In this document: piece by piece, positions 58,704 to 64,000 of the stretch
How positions within the stretch are numbered: position 1 is the first letter of the stretch
Layout: each line of letters opens with the position of its first letter
Origin: an uncultured bacterium
GTDB lineage: Bacteria; Bacteroidota; Rhodothermia; Rhodothermales; UBA10348
Length of the DNA: 64,000 nt
NCBI GenBank assembly: GCA_938018055.1
Contig: CALIKL010000040.1
Span: 89,137-153,136, forward strand
Direction: 5' to 3'
Notes under the pieces: generated by a model
What the model was told of the DNA's origin: nothing
The model's database searches: none
The model's input: the letters and a program-made list of their open reading frames with translations, nothing else
Made by a program: the position numbers and the translations under genes

Positions 58704-59069
58704 GTGCCTACCTCCATGACGAATCCCAAGCCACTGGTTCTGACGCGTGCCGACGAGATGCTGATGGTGTGCATTCTGGTCTTGGATGGGGATGCCTTCA
58801 GTACGACCATTCGTCATGAGATGGCCTCCCGGGCACGCAAGAAGATTACCGTGGGCAGTCTCTGGGTTGCACTGGATCAACTGGCCGAACGAGGACTGAT
58901 TGAAAAAGAGAGTCGCAAGAATCCCGACCGGAAAGGGGGACGACCGCGCATCTACTATTCCCTCACGCCTGTCGGACGTAAATCGCTGAAAAAGACACGA
59001 GAGATGGATGCCAGACTATGGCGCCGGGTACCCGATCCGATGGAAAACGCGAAAAAAGACACCAATTGA
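58704..59069 (+). CDS. PadR family transcriptional regulator
   Basis: 121 aa. The winged-helix pattern MLMVCILVLDGDAFSTTIRHEM...GSLWVALDQLAERGLIE...RIYYSLTPVGRKSL is typical of PadR. It starts 17 nt after leuD. Confidence 0.75.
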   Translation: MPTSMTNPKPLVLTRADEMLMVCILVLDGDAFSTTIRHEMASRARKKITVGSLWVALDQLAERGLIEKESRKNPDRKGGRPRIYYSLTPVGRKSLKKTREMDARLWRRVPDPMENAKKDTN

Positions 59070-59079
59070 CCCTGTCGGG

Positions 59080-59108
59080 TTGACCCGATTCGAGAAGCGC
59101 CGTATGTT
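59080..59108 (+). promoter_or_regulatory. Sigma70-like promoter candidate for the arg leader
   Basis: TTGACC (59080-59085), a 17-nt spacer, then TATGTT (59103-59108). The predicted start would fall within a few nt of the leader ATG at 59117. I do not know whether this phylum uses such hexamers. Confidence 0.25.
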
Positions 59109-59116
59109 CGCCGCCC

Positions 59117-59215
59117 ATGACTACTACGATCACATCGCACACACTGCGTCGCCGCTTCCGACGAGTCCGATCGGGACATCGATCCGGGTACGGTATACGT
59201 ACGTCTGCCATGTAA
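59117..59215 (+). CDS. Candidate arginine leader peptide (32 codons, 8 Arg)
   Basis: Hand translation: ATG ACT ACT ACG ATC ACA TCG CAC ACA CTG CGT CGC CGC TTC CGA CGA GTC CGA TCG GGA CAT CGA TCC GGG TAC GGT ATA CGT ACG TCT GCC ATG TAA, giving MTTTITSHTLRRRFRRVRSGHRSGYGIRTSAM. Six Arg codons fall within 8 consecutive codons (59147-59170). It lies upstream of a terminator and of argG. Confidence 0.45.
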   Translation: MTTTITSHTLRRRFRRVRSGHRSGYGIRTSAM

Positions 59216-59246
59216 CGTCGTCTTATTTAACGACTGATTGAATGCC

Positions 59247-59279
59247 AGCGTCGGCCCGTACGGGATCGACGCTTTTTTT
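59247..59279 (+). terminator. Strong rho-independent terminator 78 nt upstream of argG (attenuator terminator candidate)
   Basis: AGCGTCG (59247-59253) pairs with CGACGCT (59267-59273), and inner CCC/GGG pairs add about 10 bp in total. TTTTTT(T) follows at 59273-59279. The opposite strand has no T-run. Confidence 0.75.
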
Positions 59280-59356
59280 ATGTCCCACGATTTTACCAAT
59301 TGAAGGAATCCCGGCTGACGGTTAGCGGAGTCGGACCTACCAACCAACATCTAGAC

Positions 59357-60559
59357 ATGTCCATCATCGTCGCCTTCAGTGGCGGACTCGATACCTCCTT
59401 CTGCGTGCCCTTTTTGCGCGAGCAACACGGTTGTGATATCCATACCGTGACCGTTGATACAGGCGGCATTCGTGCCCAAGAGGCTCGCGAAATTGCTGCT
59501 CGTGCCAAGGAGCTTGGGGCAGCCAGTCACCACATGATCGATGCGCGAGCCGATCTGTTTGACAGATCCCTGCAGTACCTCATCAAGGGAAACGTGCTTC
59601 GAGGTGATCTGTATCCCCTGTGCGTGGGTCCCGACCGGGTAGTACAGGCCGCTTCACTCGTGGACAAAGCCCGGGAGATGGGTATATCCACAGTGGCGCA
59701 TGGCTCGACGGGTGCCGGGAATGATCAGATCCGCTTCGACGTTGCCTTGTCGGTTCTCGGCGGAGATCTCACCATCCTGACGCCCATCCGGGACGGGAAT
59801 TTGAGCCGGGAGTTCACGTCGGGTTGGCTGAAAGAGCGAGGCTACCCGGTAGACGCGTCAACCACGACCTATTCGGTCAATACGGGTTTGTGGGGGACTA
59901 CCGTTGGGGGAAAGGAAACGCTGGGTACCGCGCTACCGCTTCCGGATGATGCATGGCCAACGCCAGCTCCCTCTGAGGCACCCGATGAGGGCGTTTCCAT
60001 TGAAATCGGATTCGATCGGGGCGTGCCCGTATCACTCGACGGCACCATGCATCCTCCTGTTGCCGTGATTGAGACGCTGAATGCGCTTGGTGAAAACCAC
60101 GGGGTAGGCCGGGCCATCCATGTCGGGGATACCATTCTGGGGATCAAGGGACGGGTAGGATTTCAAGCACCGGCAGCTGCGATTCTGATTCCTGCTCACC
60201 GCGAGCTGGAGAAGATCGTCTTGTCGCGATGGCAACAGTATCACAAAGCTCAACTGGGTGACTTCTATGGCATGCTGCTCCACGAGGCCCAGTATTTCGA
60301 TCCGATCATGCGCGACATAGAATCCTTTTTTGACAGTTCACAGGAAACCGTGACGGGGACGGTCCGTGTGACCCTTTGCAAGGGGCTGGTTTCAGTGACC
60401 GGTTGTGAATCACCATTCTCCCTGTTTGACACGGGCGTGGCCACGTATGGCGAACAGAATGATCTGTGGGACGGTCGGGATGCTCGGGGCTTTGCCCGGA
60501 TTCTCGGAGTCCAGTCTCTGCTTACCCATCGGGTCCGCACATCCAGTGAGGACGCATGA
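59357..60559 (+). CDS. argG: Argininosuccinate synthase
   Basis: ORF 59300-60559. I moved the start to M20 (59357): MSIIVAFSGGLDTSFCVPFL (PP-loop). It also has AHGSTGAGNDQIRF. Confidence 0.95.
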   Translation: MSIIVAFSGGLDTSFCVPFLREQHGCDIHTVTVDTGGIRAQEAREIAARAKELGAASHHMIDARADLFDRSLQYLIKGNVLRGDLYPLCVGPDRVVQAASLVDKAREMGISTVAHGSTGAGNDQIRFDVALSVLGGDLTILTPIRDGNLSREFTSGWLKERGYPVDASTTTYSVNTGLWGTTVGGKETLGTALPLPDDAWPTPAPSEAPDEGVSIEIGFDRGVPVSLDGTMHPPVAVIETLNALGENHGVGRAIHVGDTILGIKGRVGFQAPAAAILIPAHRELEKIVLSRWQQYHKAQLGDFYGMLLHEAQYFDPIMRDIESFFDSSQETVTGTVRVTLCKGLVSVTGCESPFSLFDTGVATYGEQNDLWDGRDARGFARILGVQSLLTHRVRTSSEDA

Positions 60560-61617
60560 AAACCATTGAGGTAACCTACGTCTGTTCGACGGCCGCCAAG
60601 ACCGGTCTTGTTCGAAATGTAACCCTGAGTGACTACGTCGTAGCCCAGGAAGGTTACTGTGTCGTAGTCGAAGCGTTGGAAGCCAAGCCCATCTACAATC
60701 AGATTGAATGCGCGGACGGAGAATTCCGCACGATTGCGAAGGGTGACATTTTCGTGGGCGTACTCGGAGAGCGTAAAGCGCTCAAGGGCTACTCTGGCGT
60801 CGTGCCGCGCGTAGCCCTGCCTGGCGACACGCTCAACGTTCTGAACATGGGTGGCATCATCGGGACCTGTGTCAGTGACCATCCGGACCTCGGTCCGGCA
60901 TTGCGGGTCAAGGTGCTTGGTGCGGCCATGGTGGAGCAGGACGACATGCAGGTTCATGCGCGCCTGCAAGACCATGCGTTGCATCCGGTCGATTCACTGA
61001 AATCATCTGTGCCGCTCGTTTTCATTTCTGGTTCGGCCATGAACACCGGCAAGACGTTCGCCGCCTGCGAAGTAGTGCAACGCCTGACGCGCAGTGGATA
61101 TCGGGTTGCTGCAGCCAAAGCGACCGGCGCCTCGCTCATGCGTGATGTGCAATTGATCCGTCGTCACGGCGCTGTCGAGATAGCCACCTTCACGGACACC
61201 GGTGTGGTATGCTCGACCAACAAGGCAATGGCCCCACAGGTGAAAGGATTGATTCAGCACCTCAACGAAATTGCAGATCCGGACGTGATCGTGATTGAGC
61301 TTGGAGATGGGATCATTGGATATTACGGTGTCGATGAGCTTTTGCAAGACAAGGAGTTGCAGAAATTTGCACAAGCACACATTGTCGCTGCAGTTGATCT
61401 TGCAGGGGTTTGGGCGGTGCAACAGCTGTTCAAAGACCGCTATCACGCGGACATTACCGTCGTTACGGGTCCAGTTACCGATAATGGTGTCGGGAAGCAG
61501 TACATCGAGCAGGTGATGGGAATTCCGGCCATCAATGCTCGCGAGGACCCAAAAGATCTCGGAGACAAAGTGGCTTCCAAGCTTCCAGCGCCAAAATTGC
61601 GGGAGGCTCAGGTATGA
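60556..61617 (+). CDS. Uncharacterised two-domain protein with a dethiobiotin-synthase/CobQ/DUF1611-like P-loop C-terminal domain, embedded in the arg operon
   Basis: 353 aa. ATGA overlaps occur at both ends (60556-60559 with argG, 61614-61617 with argC). The C-terminal half, VFISGSAMNTGKTFAACEVVQRLTRSGYRVAAAKATG...VIVIELGDGIIG, parallels the BioD pattern FVTGTDTEVGKT...GYR.A..K....G. I cannot name a family for the N-terminal ~150 aa. The confidence is for a real CDS; the function is unknown. Confidence 0.8.
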   Translation: MKTIEVTYVCSTAAKTGLVRNVTLSDYVVAQEGYCVVVEALEAKPIYNQIECADGEFRTIAKGDIFVGVLGERKALKGYSGVVPRVALPGDTLNVLNMGGIIGTCVSDHPDLGPALRVKVLGAAMVEQDDMQVHARLQDHALHPVDSLKSSVPLVFISGSAMNTGKTFAACEVVQRLTRSGYRVAAAKATGASLMRDVQLIRRHGAVEIATFTDTGVVCSTNKAMAPQVKGLIQHLNEIADPDVIVIELGDGIIGYYGVDELLQDKELQKFAQAHIVAAVDLAGVWAVQQLFKDRYHADITVVTGPVTDNGVGKQYIEQVMGIPAINAREDPKDLGDKVASKLPAPKLREAQV

Positions 61618-62615
61618 TCAGCGTAGCCGTATTACATGCTGCGGGATATGTCGGTCGATCCCTGATGGAGGTGATCCTGGCTCATCCTGATCTGGATCTG
61701 GTGACTGCTACCAGCCGATCATTTACAGGGCAGCCTATTTCGGATGCCCATCCCACGCTGGCTGGCCGAACGAATCTGAAATTCGTTTCCTCCCTGGAGG
61801 AAGGTGCTTGGCCTGACCTGGTGTTTGTGGCCGCGGGTCACGGACAGGGGGCCACCGCCGTTGGCAACCTGCGAGATGCCGGATTCGACGGTCTGGTTGT
61901 AGATATGAGTGCGGACTTCCGATTGCCTGACGCTCAAACCTACGTACAGCGCTACGGCACGAAGCATCCGCGTCCGGACTTGCTGGCAGGTGCCTGGTAT
62001 GGCATGCCAGAAATAACCGGGCCGCCGCCGGCCGGTACAACGCTCATTGCAAATCCTGGCTGTTTTGCTACGGCCATTTCGTTGGCCTTATACCCTTTTT
62101 CCGGGGACGATGCACCAACGATAGATGTGTTTTCGGTCACAGCCATGACGGGTGCTTCCGGGTCGGGAGCTCTGCCCAAGCCCACCACACACTTCCCGGA
62201 CCGGGAGGGCAATATGCGGGCATACAAGGTTTTTTCTCATCAACACGAAGCTGAGATCGACCGCATGGCACCGGGGGTATCCTATCGGTTTGTCCCGGTA
62301 TCGGGCCCGTGGACCGCTGGTATTTGGGGAACGGCCCAGGCGACGTTACCAGCCGGTGTGGATGAGGCAGCCATCACGCGGCTGTTCGAGTCGTGTTATG
62401 CGGAACACGCGTTGATCCGGCTTTGGCCTGGGAAGCTACCGGAGCTGCGCTGGAGCGTTGGATCTCCCTTTACAGATCTGGGCTGGGTCATTCAGCAGGA
62501 TCGCCTTGTAGTGGGATTCGGTATCGACAACCTGATGAAAGGGGCCGCAACCCAGGCCGTGCAAAATGCAAACCTGGCTCTTGGCTGGGAAAACACCCAC
62601 GGACTCATTCCTTGA
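61614..62615 (+). CDS. argC: N-acetyl-gamma-glutamyl-phosphate reductase
   Basis: 333 aa with an N-terminal Rossmann motif (AAGYVGRSLMEVIL) and the catalytic Cys block IANPGCFATAISLALYP. Confidence 0.9.
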   Translation: MISVAVLHAAGYVGRSLMEVILAHPDLDLVTATSRSFTGQPISDAHPTLAGRTNLKFVSSLEEGAWPDLVFVAAGHGQGATAVGNLRDAGFDGLVVDMSADFRLPDAQTYVQRYGTKHPRPDLLAGAWYGMPEITGPPPAGTTLIANPGCFATAISLALYPFSGDDAPTIDVFSVTAMTGASGSGALPKPTTHFPDREGNMRAYKVFSHQHEAEIDRMAPGVSYRFVPVSGPWTAGIWGTAQATLPAGVDEAAITRLFESCYAEHALIRLWPGKLPELRWSVGSPFTDLGWVIQQDRLVVGFGIDNLMKGAATQAVQNANLALGWENTHGLIP

Positions 62616-62631
62616 ATTGGTAGGGTCATTC

Positions 62632-63861
62632 ATGACTCTCTTTTCTGATCATTACACGAGCATGATGCAGCACGAAACCAAGTCCGCCACCGAATGGATG
62701 GCTTTCGAAGACCAGACTCAACTGGGGACGTACAACAAATGGCCCATTCCGCTGGTAAAGGCGGCTGGAGCCATGGTCGAAGATGTGGAAGGGAATCAGT
62801 ACCTCGATCTGTATGGCGGTCATTGTGTGGCCTTTTTGGGTCACAACCATCCCGAGGTGGTCAAGGCCATCAAGGCACAGGCAGATGACCTACTTTTTTA
62901 TTCCAATGCCGTCTACGCTCCCGTGCGCGCACGCGCTTCAGCACGACTTGCTCGTCTCGCTCCGGAAGGCATGAATACCGTGTTCTTTGTCAACTCAGGT
63001 GCCGAGGCCAACGAGGTAGCCATGAAAATTGCCCGTAAGGCGACCGGGCGCGCCCATGTCGTTGGTGTGGAAGGCGATTTCCACGGTCGAACAATGGGCA
63101 GCCTGTCTACGACGTGGGCAAAGAAATACCGGGACGGATACGAAAAAGCCTTTGGGCCGGTATCATTCGCCCCATTCGGTGATGCCGATGCTGCTGTTCA
63201 AGTTATTCGAGATGCCTCACCGGCTGCCGTCATTGTCGAGCCCATTCAGTCGATGGGAGGTATGCGTACTGCGGATCGTTCATACTTCGAGGCGCTGCGA
63301 TTGGCCTGCGATGAGACCGGTGCCATGTTGATCTTCGACGAGGTTCAGACTGGTGTCGGAAGGACGGGATCATTCAGCTATGCGCAGACTATCGGCGTGA
63401 TTCCTCATATGATCACCATGGCAAAAAGCCTAGGTGGTGGGGTTCCGGTTTCAGCGCTAATCCTGAACGATGAAGTGGCTGCGACGGTAGGCCCGGGAGA
63501 ACAGGGAACGACGTTTGGCGGAGGCATGCTGGCCATGGCAGCCGTTGATGCCGCGCTGCGGGTGGTCGAGGAAGAGAAGCTGTCCGAGCGCGCCTTGCTC
63601 GTTTGGGATGCACTCGCTGAAGGGTGCAATGAGCGGGGTTTGCGATATCAGGGTGCTGGCTGTCTCATGGGAATAGACTTCGGTCAGCCCGTCGCTCCTA
63701 TAGTAGCGGGTTTGAGGGGGCATCACATCCTTACAGGTGGGTCGGCCAATCCGAATATCATGCGACTCATGCCTCCTGCGGTCGTGACGCGTGAACAGGT
63801 CGATCAATTCTTTACAGCGCTTGACGCCGTCCTGCAGCAACTCGAAGAGGTGGATGCATGA
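62632..63861 (+). CDS. argD: Acetylornithine/succinylornithine aminotransferase
   Basis: ORF 62566-63861. I moved the start to M23 (62632). It has the class III aminotransferase blocks YLDLYGGHCV, FDEVQTGVGRTGSF and the PLP lysine in ITMAKSLGGG. Confidence 0.9.
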   Translation: MTLFSDHYTSMMQHETKSATEWMAFEDQTQLGTYNKWPIPLVKAAGAMVEDVEGNQYLDLYGGHCVAFLGHNHPEVVKAIKAQADDLLFYSNAVYAPVRARASARLARLAPEGMNTVFFVNSGAEANEVAMKIARKATGRAHVVGVEGDFHGRTMGSLSTTWAKKYRDGYEKAFGPVSFAPFGDADAAVQVIRDASPAAVIVEPIQSMGGMRTADRSYFEALRLACDETGAMLIFDEVQTGVGRTGSFSYAQTIGVIPHMITMAKSLGGGVPVSALILNDEVAATVGPGEQGTTFGGGMLAMAAVDAALRVVEEEKLSERALLVWDALAEGCNERGLRYQGAGCLMGIDFGQPVAPIVAGLRGHHILTGGSANPNIMRLMPPAVVTREQVDQFFTALDAVLQQLEEVDA

Positions 63862-64000
63862 GGCATCTCCTGGACTGGCTCGATATCGATGAAACCACTT
63901 GGCAGTCCTGCATCCGGGAGGCTCACCGCTTCGCGGACCACCGTTCGTTGCACGCCAATCGATTTCTGGGAAAAGCACTGGGTATGGTGTTTTTCAATGA
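63858..64000 (+). CDS. argF': N-acyl-ornithine carbamoyltransferase (argF'-type), N-terminal fragment cut by the window end
   Basis: The ATG at 63858 overlaps the argD TGA (ATGA). Translation: MRHLLDWLDIDETTWQSCIREAHRFADHRSLHANRFLGKALGMVFFN. The GK.L..VFFN(PS.RTR) start is characteristic of acetyl-/succinyl-ornithine transcarbamylases rather than classical OTCase. Confidence 0.7.
   Translation, partial: MRHLLDWLDIDETTWQSCIREAHRFADHRSLHANRFLGKALGMVFFN

Noticed and set aside
59104-59241. An alternative 45-codon ORF (MFAAHDYYDHIAHTASPLPTSPIGTSIRVRYTYVCHVTSSYLTTD) in the padR-argG spacer as the regulatory peptide
   Set aside because: It overlaps the Arg-rich frame but shows no enrichment for any amino acid relevant to the downstream operon. 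I cannot exclude that it is translated. The Arg-rich frame (59117-59215) explains the context better.

Overview
This 64 kb window is core chromosome from a roughly 57% GC bacterium that looks Rhodothermota/Bacteroidota-like. Supporting traits are a type IX secretion C-terminal sorting domain, CarboxypepD_reg-type TonB receptors, perfect Tat signals, DUF2911 and choice-of-anchor-B proteins, and an argF'-type 'FFN' carbamoyltransferase. I saw no transposase, integrase, CRISPR array, rRNA or tRNA.

Gene content:
- **1-34 kb:** mostly minus-strand housekeeping and envelope genes. These include PPK2, a T9SS-tagged PAP2/vanadium-haloperoxidase-like protein, an inositol monophosphatase operon, a GT2 plus acyltransferase operon, a desaturase, an AbgT transporter, and a proline/hydroxyproline-peptide cluster fused to ThuA and PQQ dehydrogenases.
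- **34-48 kb:** mreB, dnaA, bcp, a TonB receptor, uvrC, nth, asnB and kynU.
- **48.7-58.7 kb:** an eight-gene ilvD-ilvB-ilvN-ilvC-leuB-leuA-leuC-leuD operon, followed by padR.
- **59.4 kb to the window end:** a translationally coupled arg operon, argG-X-argC-argD-argF'.

Most interesting observations:
1. A 32-codon ORF with eight Arg codons, a strong intrinsic terminator and hand-verified alternative helices sit just upstream of argG. Together they look like a leader-peptide attenuator for arginine biosynthesis.
2. An uncharacterised gene with a dethiobiotin-synthase-like P-loop is welded by ATGA overlaps between argG and argC. It is a candidate for the missing first step of the pathway.
3. 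A small ORF whose C-terminus is 74% Ile/Leu/Val ends 80 nt upstream of ilvD.
4. An AT-rich gap downstream of mreB carries three same-orientation DnaA-box-like 9-mers and is a possible oriC, though gene orientation argues against it.

All family calls come from motif recognition by eye, and start codons were re-picked by hand. No database search, folding or skew calculation was run. Many long ORFs in the track are antisense shadows of real genes and were rejected.
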